From the IMG/VR virus record IMGVR_UViG_3300048907_000042: a DNA stretch of 48,368 nucleotides; one strand, given 5' to 3'. The translations under genes were made by a program, and so were the position numbers. The DNA comes from a virus. Of this stretch, positions 31,738 through 40,985 are shown one piece after another (the first letter of the stretch is position 1; the number at the start of each line of letters is the position of its first letter). The notes beneath the pieces are model-generated. The model saw only the letters and a list, made by a program, of their open reading frames with translations, had not been told where the DNA came from and did no database searches.

Positions 31738-31985
31738 TAGTCTCTCCTTACGGGCACCCCGAGTTTGCCACAGAGCTCGAGAAGAATCTCGAGTGCGCGA
31801 TCAACCTTGGCTCGTACTTCCTCGATCTGATCGTTAGTGGCGAACTTGTCACGCATATCGATCTCGATCTGATGCAGCCTATCTTTCAGCTTGCTAAGCT
31901 GGCTGATGACATAGGCTACAAAACCGGCTACCCCCGTTCCGGCCAGTGCGTATAGCAGGTTAGTGTACTGGTCGACTTCAGACAT
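31737..31985 (-). CDS. small membrane protein (N-terminal TM helix)
   Basis: 82-aa ORF with the helix LLYALAGTGVAGFVAYVI. GAGGGA upstream. Confidence 0.55.
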   Translation of the reverse strand: MSEVDQYTNLLYALAGTGVAGFVAYVISQLSKLKDRLHQIEIDMRDKFATNDQIEEVRAKVDRALEILLELCGKLGVPVRRD

Positions 31986-31991
31986 AATCCC

Positions 31992-33176
31992 TCACTGGAA
32001 TAGCGCGACTACCGCGCCTAGCTGACTACCTGATCCTGATGATGACCCCATGAACTGTGCAGTTGCGCTGAGGACTTCTCCATTGAACATAGATTTCCAA
32101 GCACAACAGAGACGAGATACGTCAGTAGAAGTACTGCCGGCATATGTAGCGGTACCGGAAGCCCCAACTGCATATGCTGGATTCACAGCATTGGTATTAG
32201 CAGCAGCCATTGTGACACCGCTAGCAGCAAATATCAGAAGCTGATTGTTTGCAGTAGCAGTCATCGCAGGTGCAGGGATGAACGATGAATCATATGCAGT
32301 AGCAGTAGCAGTCTTGGTGGATGTGTTAGTTGATACCAGACTAAACGCTGATCCATCTGACTTTCTAAAAGCTGCGATGCTGACAGACATACGGTTCGAT
32401 GTAGTCTGCGTCCACGTGGTAGATGCTCCAATATCCCCACTGACAGCCGTCTTGTAGTACACATCAACAAACTGATTCTCACCTGAGCCAGTAAACAAAC
32501 CACTGGTTGCCGCCAGGGTCCATCCTGCTGGCACTACAGTCAACGCACTGCGCCGCATCACGTAAGCAATCAGAAGATCATTGACTGCTGCTGTGGCAGG
32601 AACTGTGGTGTTCACAGAAGTCAGACCAGTAGTGCCGGGAAGAATCTGTGTTGCAGCTGCCAGTGTCACTGTAGGACCTGCCGGCGGGCCGGTGCCTGAT
32701 GGAGACTGTAAGATGAGGTCCGCCGTGTTAGTGCCAGTGATCTTCAGGAAGAAACTCTGCCCCTGGGGGATGACAAGGCTGCCACCAACCGGGGGAGTGA
32801 TCACGAACGAACCTGCCGCTGCGATGGTCAGGTTACCCGCACCCACGTTACGGCCGTGATACTCTGCGTTGTTCGCGTAGGTCTGGGCGCTGTCGAAGGT
32901 GTAGGTCTTGGTACCTGCATTGGTGAAGCGCGTGTAGTTCCATGCGTTCGCGCCCGTCGCAGTTAGCGTAGTGCCTGCCTGCGTCGTAGTGGCAGTGATC
33001 GGAGCGCCGCTGCCACCACCTACCGTATCCCATGCACTGCCATCCCATGCGTACAGGGTGTTGGTATCAGTTGCATAGTACAGACCCAGCGCACCCGCTG
33101 CGAGGTTCGGAGTTACTGGGCGGGCACTGAACAGGCCTTCCCCCAGATAGTCAATCAGTCGTCCGCTGGCCATCAT
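31992..33176 (-). CDS. tail fibre / receptor-binding protein
   Basis: 394-aa Thr/Ala/Gly/Ser-rich beta protein. The conserved N-terminus GALGLYYATDTNTLYAWDGSAW is a common fibre motif. The 3' half has lower GC. Confidence 0.65.
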   Translation of the reverse strand: MMASGRLIDYLGEGLFSARPVTPNLAAGALGLYYATDTNTLYAWDGSAWDTVGGGSGAPITATTTQAGTTLTATGANAWNYTRFTNAGTKTYTFDSAQTYANNAEYHGRNVGAGNLTIAAAGSFVITPPVGGSLVIPQGQSFFLKITGTNTADLILQSPSGTGPPAGPTVTLAAATQILPGTTGLTSVNTTVPATAAVNDLLIAYVMRRSALTVVPAGWTLAATSGLFTGSGENQFVDVYYKTAVSGDIGASTTWTQTTSNRMSVSIAAFRKSDGSAFSLVSTNTSTKTATATAYDSSFIPAPAMTATANNQLLIFAASGVTMAAANTNAVNPAYAVGASGTATYAGSTSTDVSRLCCAWKSMFNGEVLSATAQFMGSSSGSGSQLGAVVALFQ

Positions 33177-33679
33177 TCCACCTGCACGTAGACCAGTGAG
33201 CCGTCGTCAAGGATGACGAACACGGGCTGACCGGAAATGATTTCTCCAGTGACAACAGGGAGGATGCCCCCACTGCCGCCACCACCTGAACCGTTTGATG
33301 CCGCAGTGATGCGGCCATACTGATCGACGGTGAGATTAGTATTGGTGTAACTACCTGGAGTCACCCCGGAGTCTGCAAGGTCAATCGTAGGATTGCCTCC
33401 GACGCCACTACCATTGGTCACCTCGATTCGTCCTGCCTCACCTACGATGGTGCGCAAGACCCAACTGGCGGCTGCCTTAACAAGGATGCCGCTACCCGTC
33501 ACACCAGCCAGGTTGGCGATGGACTCATTAATCAAATTGATCTTCGCCCGGACGTGCTCGAACCAATCAGCCCAAGGGCGGGCAACCAGCGCTTTATGAT
33601 CTTGAGGCTGGTCACCCGCCCTCAGTGCCGTGTGCTGAGGAACGGGCGGTACTTTGCTTTCCTCAACTTCGGATGCCAT
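33173..33679 (-). CDS. tail fibre protein (adaptor-type)
   Basis: Carries GVTPGSYTNTNLTVDQYGRITAASNG, a phage fibre repeat motif. ATGA/TGATG coupling on both sides. Confidence 0.6.
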   Translation of the reverse strand: MASEVEESKVPPVPQHTALRAGDQPQDHKALVARPWADWFEHVRAKINLINESIANLAGVTGSGILVKAAASWVLRTIVGEAGRIEVTNGSGVGGNPTIDLADSGVTPGSYTNTNLTVDQYGRITAASNGSGGGGSGGILPVVTGEIISGQPVFVILDDGSLVYVQVE

Positions 33680-35076
33680 CACAGTGTCCCGAGGTCGTAC
33701 TGCAGTTCGATCGCCTGGATGCGGAACGCAGTGGGTTTGTCATGCCGAAGATGGAACGCCCGCTTCTTGAACGTCCCGCAGTTAATCAACTTCGGCTCGG
33801 GGAGTGACAGGTCCATGTAGCGCCAGTCACCCCAATGCTCGTAGTCGTCGTTACTCCAACGAACGCCGAGCTGGCTGCTGTCAGTCTGATCTGCGATAGC
33901 CCACATACGGCCCAGATGTTTCCTGCGCCGAGTACCTCCATCGAAGATGGGAGTGATGATGTCTACCACCACCGGCTCGTCGTCATCCACGTAGATGTCA
34001 ACGTTGCACTCATACAACTGGCCATCGCTTTCATGCTGGAACAAATGCAGACCTGAGGAGTCGTAAGTGACGTCCACGATCTTCAGGTAATTCCCATCAG
34101 CATCTGCCCACTGGTGCCACTTCTTCATCACAATGTCGTAGGCCAACGTGAGGTTGGCGTTCTTCAAGGTGATGACGTAGAACGAATGGCCTACAATTTT
34201 CAGATGCCATGAGTATACCACGTCTGTATTTGCGTTTGCAAGCAGTCGATCTATGGCAGGGGTAGAAATGATTTCAGCCGCGCCCTGATCCATCTTGATG
34301 ATCTGCTTCGATGCAGACTTGTTGGTACTCATCCAGAACAACGCGTCATCGATAGTGCGAACACTGTCGGCAGATGCACAGCCGTACTTGTTCTTCATAC
34401 CCTGTACCGGACCCAACGGACTTGCGGCCGGGTTACCAGCATCGAAGAAGAACTCAGTGGACCACTGCTTGAGTGCCACGACATACACCAGCTGCTTAGC
34501 CAGTGCGACTCCGTTGTCCGGCTCGATCTGTGCGCGGATGAAGTCGATAGCATTCCAACTGGTGGTGTCGTTCAAGCCACTGTTATGGATGTAGGCATCC
34601 GGCGTCATCACGTACTCATATCCATTCAAGTACGCGAAGCCCTTCACTACCAGCGATGGGAAGTTGGCGGGCAACGGTCCAGTCACCGCACCACCTTCCA
34701 CGTAGCTGTAAGTTGCAATGCCGTTACCGAAGATCAGCTGCGGAGTAGCACCGAGGTTACTGTCGAACCGATACACTCCACCGGCAGTGTTCAGCCCTGA
34801 GTGGATCAGTGTGCCATTCCGGTAGAACGAATCTCCGAAGATCGTGTAGACCGAGCCACGCCAGAAGTAAGCACCACGCCCAGGCTGAGCAGCGGCGATC
34901 AACTGGTTCGGCTGAAGTCCGGGTCGCTTATAGATCCAGAGCTCGCCCTGGTCATCGACCTCCAGATAGCAATTGACCAGCCTTGCATCCTTGTCGGTAG
35001 AACCGTCGCGGTTGCTGGTAATCACCATCAGAGGTAGACGCGGAGGTACGGCTACGGACGGTGCCTGTTCAGCCAC
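33679..35076 (-). CDS. tail tubular protein B-like (nozzle)
   Basis: GTG 35076 follows GGAGG. The position directly follows the gp11-like gene. It is beta-rich and 465 aa, shorter than T7 gp12. Confidence 0.5.
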   Translation of the reverse strand: MAEQAPSVAVPPRLPLMVITSNRDGSTDKDARLVNCYLEVDDQGELWIYKRPGLQPNQLIAAAQPGRGAYFWRGSVYTIFGDSFYRNGTLIHSGLNTAGGVYRFDSNLGATPQLIFGNGIATYSYVEGGAVTGPLPANFPSLVVKGFAYLNGYEYVMTPDAYIHNSGLNDTTSWNAIDFIRAQIEPDNGVALAKQLVYVVALKQWSTEFFFDAGNPAASPLGPVQGMKNKYGCASADSVRTIDDALFWMSTNKSASKQIIKMDQGAAEIISTPAIDRLLANANTDVVYSWHLKIVGHSFYVITLKNANLTLAYDIVMKKWHQWADADGNYLKIVDVTYDSSGLHLFQHESDGQLYECNVDIYVDDDEPVVVDIITPIFDGGTRRRKHLGRMWAIADQTDSSQLGVRWSNDDYEHWGDWRYMDLSLPEPKLINCGTFKKRAFHLRHDKPTAFRIQAIELQYDLGTL

Positions 35077-35788
35077 TGAAGCCTCCAGCACGGTAGTCGC
35101 CACGCGAATCCATAGCGAACGTGGTCGGAGCATCTTCCACGTCCCAGCCTTCCAAGGCTTCACGGTACGCGGAAGCACGGGCAGCGCAACGCTGCATGAT
35201 TGCATTCGGCTGACCGGTACAGATCTCGTCAGCCAATCCCCAGCGCAATGCAATGCGCCACTCCGCTGGGAACTGAGAACGTTCGTTCAGTGCGTTGATG
35301 TTGGCCGCTGCCTGACGCACATGCAGTTGCAGCGTGTTGAGTGCTTCGGTTGCATCCGGAGTGTTCCACACGAAGAATCGTGCAGCATCCGTCTGCTTGT
35401 CCACGAAGTACGAACTGATCGTAGACAGGATGCCTTCGATCTGAGAGAGGCGCATCCACTCTTCCCATGCCAGTGGGACCAGCGGACGACGAATGCCCTG
35501 CGGCGTAACTACATTGGCTTCGAGGACCTGCGTCACTCGGGGAGTGATGACAGTACCGGAAGGACCCAGGGTGTACAAGTTCACTCCGAACTGGATCGGG
35601 AAGTTGATCTCATTGTTCAGGAACAGCTTGACACCCTGGGTCATCCACAGCTGGATCATATCCTGAAGTCGCCGGCCACAGTCAGCGAACTGCTGACCGT
35701 TGGGCACCTCGCCTTCTCCCAGGAGTCCGGCATCGTGCATAGCATCGTTGATGATGCCTTCGATCGTGTTGGAGGCGAAGGTGGGCAT
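35069..35788 (-). CDS. tail tubular protein A-like (gp11-like adaptor)
   Basis: The N-terminal pattern IEGIINDAMHDAGLLGEGEVPNGQQFADCGRRLQDMIQLWMTQGVKLF parallels T7 gp11 (VNDILASIGEPPVSTLEGD..ARRILNKINRQIQSRGWTF). Confidence 0.6.
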   Translation of the reverse strand: MPTFASNTIEGIINDAMHDAGLLGEGEVPNGQQFADCGRRLQDMIQLWMTQGVKLFLNNEINFPIQFGVNLYTLGPSGTVITPRVTQVLEANVVTPQGIRRPLVPLAWEEWMRLSQIEGILSTISSYFVDKQTDAARFFVWNTPDATEALNTLQLHVRQAAANINALNERSQFPAEWRIALRWGLADEICTGQPNAIMQRCAARASAYREALEGWDVEDAPTTFAMDSRGDYRAGGFSG

Positions 35789-35791
35789 GAC

Positions 35792-36166
35792 TTACCTCGG
35801 GATGAGTGGGTTCTGCTTGGCGAAGTGAAGCGTCATCGAGTAGTTGCCGGCAGCACTGGTAATCAGTACGTCGCCGTTGGAAGTGCCGCCAGCATTCCTG
35901 TTCGGGATGCCGCCGATCTTTTTGTAGCAGATGGTCTGACCGCTGCCCTCACTGATCGTGAGGAAGTCCTGACCACCATCGAACTCGAGCAGAACCGTCT
36001 CAGCAGGTTCCACATCGTAGGATACCCGCATCAAGCGGACACCCTGACACGGAGGGTTGAGTGCCGATACATCAACCAGAATCGCAGCAGCATCTGCCGA
36101 AGTTCCGATTACCTGCAGCACCAAGTTGCGCTGACCCTCCTCAACGACGATCGTCGAGAATGCCAT
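35792..36166 (-). CDS. virion-module protein, unknown function
   Basis: ORF trimmed to ATG 36166. 124 aa. Confidence 0.55.
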   Translation of the reverse strand: MAFSTIVVEEGQRNLVLQVIGTSADAAAILVDVSALNPPCQGVRLMRVSYDVEPAETVLLEFDGGQDFLTISEGSGQTICYKKIGGIPNRNAGGTSNGDVLITSAAGNYSMTLHFAKQNPLIPR

Positions 36167-36173
36167 GGGATAC

Positions 36174-36212
36174 TCCAAAAAGGCCCGCCTCCGGATGCGC
36201 CCAGAGGCGGGC
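36174..36212 (-). terminator. rho-independent terminator
   Basis: The minus strand reads GCCCGCCTC-12 nt-GAGGCGGGC followed by CTTTTTGG. Confidence 0.7.
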
Positions 36213-36295
36213 AAAGCGTGGCCGGGATAACACCTCGGCGAAGGCGCCGCAGTGGCCCTAGCGGGCCAGCACCGCGCCAGCCGACGGTGCGCGAG
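36213..36295 (-). other. GC-rich conserved non-coding element X1 (homologous to 47630-47778)
   Basis: Shares AGGTGTTATCCCGG and GTCGGCTGGC.CGGT.C.CTGGCC blocks with X2. Confidence 0.45.
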
Positions 36296-37048
36296 TTACC
36301 GTTCCTGGAGTGCGGACAGGAAGTCCACATTACCGGTCTGTGCCACAGCCGTGCCTGCCGACAGTGCGACAGTCGGATTGACCGGGAGCAGCGACAGTGC
36401 GGCGGTGCGGTCTTCAGCGCGAATGGCAGCGACCGGACCCAGCAGGGTGCGATTCTGATTCGGCTTGTCGCCCACCAGATGGTAGCCAACGTAGGCGAAG
36501 ATGTTCTCCTGCTCGTCCACGTAGAAGCCGAGGTCCATGTCTGCGCCGTTCAAGAACACGTTGTTGGCGATGGCAGGGATGTCGACCTGGCCTACGATCA
36601 CACCACCAGATTCCGCGATCAGCTGGATGGTGTTGGCGCCACTGGCTTTCAGGAAGTAGATGCCGGTGTCGGCTGCGAACGGGGTCGCAGTGGTGTTGAT
36701 CAGCCCTGCGAGGAAGTTGGAGTTCACCACATCCGCGAGGTTGACACGGGTGAGGAACGCCAGCTTCTTGCCGGGCACGTGGGCGAAGTTGGCAGTCGGC
36801 TGCTGGAGCTCAGCCTGATTGCCAATGGTAGCGCCGGTGGTCAGGAGGACGCGGCCACCAGTGCCTCCGACTGCGGTGGCTGCCACACTGCCACCGACTG
36901 CGGTGACGGTGTAGTCGCCCGCACGGTACGGCAGGAAGTCGTCCGCGAAGGTTGCGTAGTAGAAGGGGTCCGGAATGCCGATCTGACCGAACGGCTGGAA
37001 CTCTGCCGCCTGCGTCAGGCCCCCGGTGAAGCGGGTGGGAGTACCCAT
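36296..37048 (-). CDS. abundant virion structural protein (unknown role; flanked by terminators)
   Basis: 250-aa beta-rich ORF lying between two intrinsic terminators. Confidence 0.6.
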   Translation of the reverse strand: MGTPTRFTGGLTQAAEFQPFGQIGIPDPFYYATFADDFLPYRAGDYTVTAVGGSVAATAVGGTGGRVLLTTGATIGNQAELQQPTANFAHVPGKKLAFLTRVNLADVVNSNFLAGLINTTATPFAADTGIYFLKASGANTIQLIAESGGVIVGQVDIPAIANNVFLNGADMDLGFYVDEQENIFAYVGYHLVGDKPNQNRTLLGPVAAIRAEDRTAALSLLPVNPTVALSAGTAVAQTGNVDFLSALQER

Positions 37049-37073
37049 GGGTAGTTACCTATCAGAATTTGTG

Positions 37074-37113
37074 GAAGAAAAAAGGGCCCTAAGATTTGCA
37101 TCGTAGGGCCCTT
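37074..37113 (-). terminator. rho-independent terminator after the capsid gene block
   Basis: The minus strand reads AAGGGCCCT-14 nt-AGGGCCCTT followed by TTTTCTTCC. Confidence 0.8.
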
Positions 37114-37146
37114 GGTGGTATTACTTGTCTATGTGTTTGGTACTGG

Positions 37147-37163
37147 TGTCCCAAATTGGGACA
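37147..37163. repeat. 17-bp palindrome TGTCCCAAATTGGGACA, copy 7
   Basis: Directly abuts the stop TAA of 37164-37310. Confidence 0.95.
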
Positions 37164-37310
37164 TTACTTCTTGCGCTTGGCCGAGGGTTTGTTGGTTGCA
37201 GCTCCGAAAGCGGCGTCCATCCACTTGGTAGCAAGGCGACCTCCCGGGCTCTTGGCAGAGGCCGCCTTCTTCTTCGCAGCTACGCGGTCAGCATCCTTCT
37301 TGCTGGCCAT
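37164..37310 (-). CDS. small Lys/Ala-rich basic protein (48 aa)
   Basis: ATG 37310 lies 4 nt after the capsid gene stop. Sequence MASKKDADRVAAKKKAASAKSPGG...KRKK. Confidence 0.4.
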   Translation of the reverse strand: MASKKDADRVAAKKKAASAKSPGGRLATKWMDAAFGAATNKPSAKRKK

Positions 37311-37314
37311 GACC

Positions 37315-38235
37315 TTACGGACCGTTCGAGCCGTAGATACCGCGAGCGTCGGTGGCACCCACAGAGAAGCGCATGTAGGTGGCAGCCTTCGCGTTCTTGG
37401 TATCGAAGTCGTTGTCCTGATCGAACTCCGGCTTGTTGCGCATGAACATCTGCATACCCTGCGGCACGTTCGTGCGGACGAACCAGGCTCCCGGATTGTT
37501 GAAGTAGTGGTTCACCTTCGTACCGCCCGGGAAGGCGTTGGTTGCCTTCAGAACGTTGATCGCATTGTTGCCGGTCGAGGCCTGCAGCACCGACTTCAGG
37601 ATGCGTTCCGCGTTGAAGAACTCCTGCGTTGCGATGTGCAGGGTCTTCGGCATCACCGAGATCTTGAGGCCACGCGAGTTGGTGGCGTTCATGATCTGGA
37701 TGCACATGTCCTCCAGGGCCGCCTCACTCAGGTCCGCACCCGGAGTCAGCGCGTTCGAGAACGTGCCGCCCGGAGCGTTGACGTGGGCCGCACTGATCAG
37801 CGGCTGGCCGTCGGGCATGAGGTAGTAGGCGCCTGCGAAGGCATCGTTGTAGATCAGGGCGGCAACGTTCTCGATGGTCTGCGAGACCGAGAACGCATTG
37901 GCCTTCGCGCGACGGGTCGAGACTTCCTTGTACAGGTTGTCGTCCAGTTCTTCCTTGGTCACGATGTAGCCCAGCGCATAAGCGATATGCGCATAGGTCG
38001 ACACCCAACCCTGGATCTCCGAGTCGTACTGAACGGGTGCGCCCTGGCCCTTGACGGGTGCCAGACCGAAGCCGGTCACTTCGACGTCCTGCTCGTAAGC
38101 CTTCGCGGAGGTCAGCTGATCGAACAGGTCCGTGTACTCGGTCGGATGCTCGTTGTAGATCTGGCCCCAGATCGCGTGGATGCCGGGCCACAGGAGCTTC
38201 GGATGCGAAGCAGTATTGATTACGCCACCGGGCAT
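37315..38235 (-). CDS. major capsid protein candidate
   Basis: 306-aa ORF in the head module, downstream of the scaffold gene and upstream of a strong terminator. No family identified by eye. Confidence 0.55.
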   Translation of the reverse strand: MPGGVINTASHPKLLWPGIHAIWGQIYNEHPTEYTDLFDQLTSAKAYEQDVEVTGFGLAPVKGQGAPVQYDSEIQGWVSTYAHIAYALGYIVTKEELDDNLYKEVSTRRAKANAFSVSQTIENVAALIYNDAFAGAYYLMPDGQPLISAAHVNAPGGTFSNALTPGADLSEAALEDMCIQIMNATNSRGLKISVMPKTLHIATQEFFNAERILKSVLQASTGNNAINVLKATNAFPGGTKVNHYFNNPGAWFVRTNVPQGMQMFMRNKPEFDQDNDFDTKNAKAATYMRFSVGATDARGIYGSNGP

Positions 38236-38246
38236 GTTCCTTCTCC

Positions 38247-38837
38247 TTAGACGCCAGCAGTGCCGGCAGCCAGTTCATGGTTGTTGATCTTCACCAGCCA
38301 CTTCGCGTACTGGCCGAACTCGTTGTCAACGCGCTGGACCAGACCCAGCAGCTTGACCTGCAGGGCGGCGGTGCCAGCCTTGTCTGCGTTGTCGAGAACG
38401 ACCTGCGACAGGAAGTTGTTGGCGTCCGTGATCGTCAGGTTGGTGTTGAGGCCGGTGTCAGCAGCAGTCAGCGGCGTGCCACCTTCCTGCACCTCGAAGA
38501 CCACGTTCGGGTCGTCCACTACCATGGCGTACCAGGTGGTGGACTGTGCAGCGCCCGGACGGAAGGTCTGGTCGAGGTTCTGAGGGTTGGCCATCGCGGT
38601 CTGATTGAGGGCACCAAGGCCCACGATCACACCACGAATTGCGCCGGTATCGGCTGCGCGGACGATGCCAGGAACACCCCGGCTGTCCGCAGTGCCGGAC
38701 GAAATCACCGGGTCGCCGATTGCCAGCTTCGTGGCATAGGCGGCAGCGATCGAGTAGATACGAGCCTGACCGTTCCAGGGAGCACCGTTGAGGTACTGGA
38801 CCGGGGCGAGGCCCGCAGCGCGGTTCGCGTTGGGCAT
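38247..38837 (-). CDS. head-module protein (decoration/cement candidate)
   Basis: 196-aa ORF immediately upstream of the capsid candidate. Confidence 0.5.
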   Translation of the reverse strand: MPNANRAAGLAPVQYLNGAPWNGQARIYSIAAAYATKLAIGDPVISSGTADSRGVPGIVRAADTGAIRGVIVGLGALNQTAMANPQNLDQTFRPGAAQSTTWYAMVVDDPNVVFEVQEGGTPLTAADTGLNTNLTITDANNFLSQVVLDNADKAGTAALQVKLLGLVQRVDNEFGQYAKWLVKINNHELAAGTAGV

Positions 38838-38848
38838 GACAATCTCCG

Positions 38849-39475
38849 TTAACGATTGCCCTTCTTCTGGAAGAGCTTGGGCACGTTGCCCTTGACGTAG
38901 GAATTGCCGGCTTCGGCGTAGTCGTCCTTACCACCACGACCAGCAGCCAGCGCGTCGACAGTTGCGTCGGTGTCACTCTGAAGCATTGCCTTGGCCCGTT
39001 CATACAGACGCATCGGGCACTCCATCAGGAACAGACGCAAGGCCTGGCCGTTGTCAGCGAAGCCACCGGCGGCAACGCTCACACGGGAACCCAGGTCAGT
39101 GCTGCCGCCCTGTTCGGGAGTACCACCGATCTGCTGCGGGATCATGCTGATCTCTGCGGGATCGACGAAGCGATACCCGGCTTGCATAGCTCGTTCGATT
39201 CGACCCGGCTCCGTGCGGAACCAGTGACGATGCCAACCCGGCTTTTCCGGAACCTTCAGGCGACCGGACTTGGAGCCCATCGGTACCCACTTACTCTCGT
39301 CGAACTCCACATCCGCCGAGGTGGCAGGATTCGGATTGTTCTGCGGAGTCTGCACGTCCGAGTTCGACTGCGCTGCCGGAGCAGCTGCGGTCGTGGCTTC
39401 GTTGGTCTTGCCCTGCAGTGCGGCAGCCAGTGCCGCTGCGGCTTCCGGGGAAGCGGTCTTGTTCTGGTCAGTCAT
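38849..39475 (-). CDS. head-module protein, unknown function
   Basis: 208-aa ORF with a low-complexity Ala/Pro/Asn N-terminus followed by a globular part. Confidence 0.55.
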   Translation of the reverse strand: MTDQNKTASPEAAAALAAALQGKTNEATTAAAPAAQSNSDVQTPQNNPNPATSADVEFDESKWVPMGSKSGRLKVPEKPGWHRHWFRTEPGRIERAMQAGYRFVDPAEISMIPQQIGGTPEQGGSTDLGSRVSVAAGGFADNGQALRLFLMECPMRLYERAKAMLQSDTDATVDALAAGRGGKDDYAEAGNSYVKGNVPKLFQKKGNR

Positions 39476-39486
39476 TGTCTTGATCC

Positions 39487-40413
39487 TTAGGCGAGGTTAT
39501 AGATACGGACGTATTCTTTCTTCCACTCGTCGAGGTTCTTGAAACGCTTGCCCTCGCCGACCAGCATGGCTTCGTCTGCCAAGCAGGCTTCCTTTGCCTC
39601 CTTGGGCAGGTTGTTCCAGCCCTTGACCTTGCCATCGCCACCTTCGTTACCACGCGAAGTGCGGCTGCTGGTATCAGTCTTGCTGGGGCGGTTCTCACCG
39701 CCGTCACCGAACTGCTCATCCCAGAGCTGCTGGCAGTGTTCCAGGAACTCGACCGGAGTGAACTTGTCCTCTTCGCCCGCTTCGTTCAGCTCCTCACGCA
39801 GATCCTCTGCAATGCGGTTGAACTGCTTCGTGCGCTTGAGGTCCGTTCCGAACCACTCGTTTTCCTGCTGCCAGGACTTCAGGTCAGGATCGACCGTCCC
39901 CTTGTTCTTGTTCGGATCATCCGCGTCCTTACCCTTCCCCTTATTGGGGTCTTCCTTATCTTTCTTACGCTTTTCCTCCTCGTCATCCAACCGGCGCTTT
40001 TCCGACTGCGCCAGTCCGATCTGCTCGAGGAGTTCCGTTTCCTTATCAATGTCTCCGTCCTCGCGGGCAGCCTTCAGCTGTTCCTTGAGTCCGTTGATAG
40101 CACCTTGTGCGGCGCGCTTGTTGGCTTCCGTGTAGTGCTGGTCAAGCCGTTCAAGCGTCCCCGTCACATTATCCAGCTGTTGCTGCAGGGTGTCAATCTT
40201 GGTGTCACGTTCCGCAAGCTCGTTCTTCAAACGAGCATTCGACTTCCGCAGAAGCGGCAGCAGGTTTTCACCACGGCGCACGAACTCGTCAGCGTCGACC
40301 CACTTCTCCGGATCGCCTTTGAACTTGTCCTGCGGAGTCCAGCCCATTTCCTTGGCAGCCTTTACGGTTGCCTCGTCCGGGCCAGTCCCGGTGTCGTCGT
40401 CAGTATCAGCCAT
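39487..40413 (-). CDS. scaffolding protein
   Basis: ORF trimmed to ATG 40413, which overlaps the GroES-like stop. It is highly charged and coiled-coil, and sits between the portal and capsid genes. Confidence 0.6.
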   Translation of the reverse strand: MADTDDDTGTGPDEATVKAAKEMGWTPQDKFKGDPEKWVDADEFVRRGENLLPLLRKSNARLKNELAERDTKIDTLQQQLDNVTGTLERLDQHYTEANKRAAQGAINGLKEQLKAAREDGDIDKETELLEQIGLAQSEKRRLDDEEEKRKKDKEDPNKGKGKDADDPNKNKGTVDPDLKSWQQENEWFGTDLKRTKQFNRIAEDLREELNEAGEEDKFTPVEFLEHCQQLWDEQFGDGGENRPSKTDTSSRTSRGNEGGDGKVKGWNNLPKEAKEACLADEAMLVGEGKRFKNLDEWKKEYVRIYNLA

Positions 40414-40732
40414 TGCTGCTCTCCTCGGTTTCGATGACTGCGAAAATGTCACGGTCGTTGATGAAACGATACTGCTTACCATCCGCAGTACCCTTTGCCA
40501 TGTAGCCGGCATAGCCGGATACCAGCACCTTGTCACCCACCTTGCAGCGGGGACCTGGTTCGTCGCACCAGCAGTGCGGTCCGATCTCGACCACGATAGC
40601 GCGCTGCTCCACCATCTGATCACGGCCGAGTGCTTCGTCAGGGATGATGATCAACCCTTCCTTACGCTCGGGAGTGTACGGCGCGATCAGCACCGCACGG
40701 CCTACGGGCTTCAATCCAGATTCATTCTTCAT
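40406..40732 (-). CDS. GroES-like co-chaperonin (Cpn10 fold)
   Basis: LKPVGRAVLIAP...EGLIIIPDEA...IVVEIGP...CKVGDKVLVSGYAG...INDRDIFAVIE aligns along its length with E. coli GroES (IRPLHDRVIVKR...GGIVLTGSAA...VLAVGNG...VKVGDIVIFNDGYG...MSESDILAIVE). Confidence 0.75.
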   Translation of the reverse strand: MKNESGLKPVGRAVLIAPYTPERKEGLIIIPDEALGRDQMVEQRAIVVEIGPHCWCDEPGPRCKVGDKVLVSGYAGYMAKGTADGKQYRFINDRDIFAVIETEESSNG

Positions 40733-40985
40733 TGTCTTCCAGTTCCTTAGCTTCGATTGAGAGGACGTCACGACACGCACTGAGATATCCCTTCGATACA
40801 GCTTCCTTTACAAACTGCTCATGGGCGAAGGTGGCCATAAGCTCACCGTTCGCCCACGCTTCTTTCTGTTCTTCGACTTGCCTGCGCAGCCATTGGAAGA
40901 GCTTACGAGTGGTAGGATGGTCCTTCCACTCCTTGAACTCCTCCTCAAACTGCAGGCGCACCGGCTCCGAGTCCTGCTGTGACAT
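40722..40985 (-). CDS. hypothetical protein
   Basis: ORF trimmed to ATG 40985. It overlaps the portal 3' end by about 40 nt. Confidence 0.45.
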   Translation of the reverse strand: MSQQDSEPVRLQFEEEFKEWKDHPTTRKLFQWLRRQVEEQKEAWANGELMATFAHEQFVKEAVSKGYLSACRDVLSIEAKELEDNEE

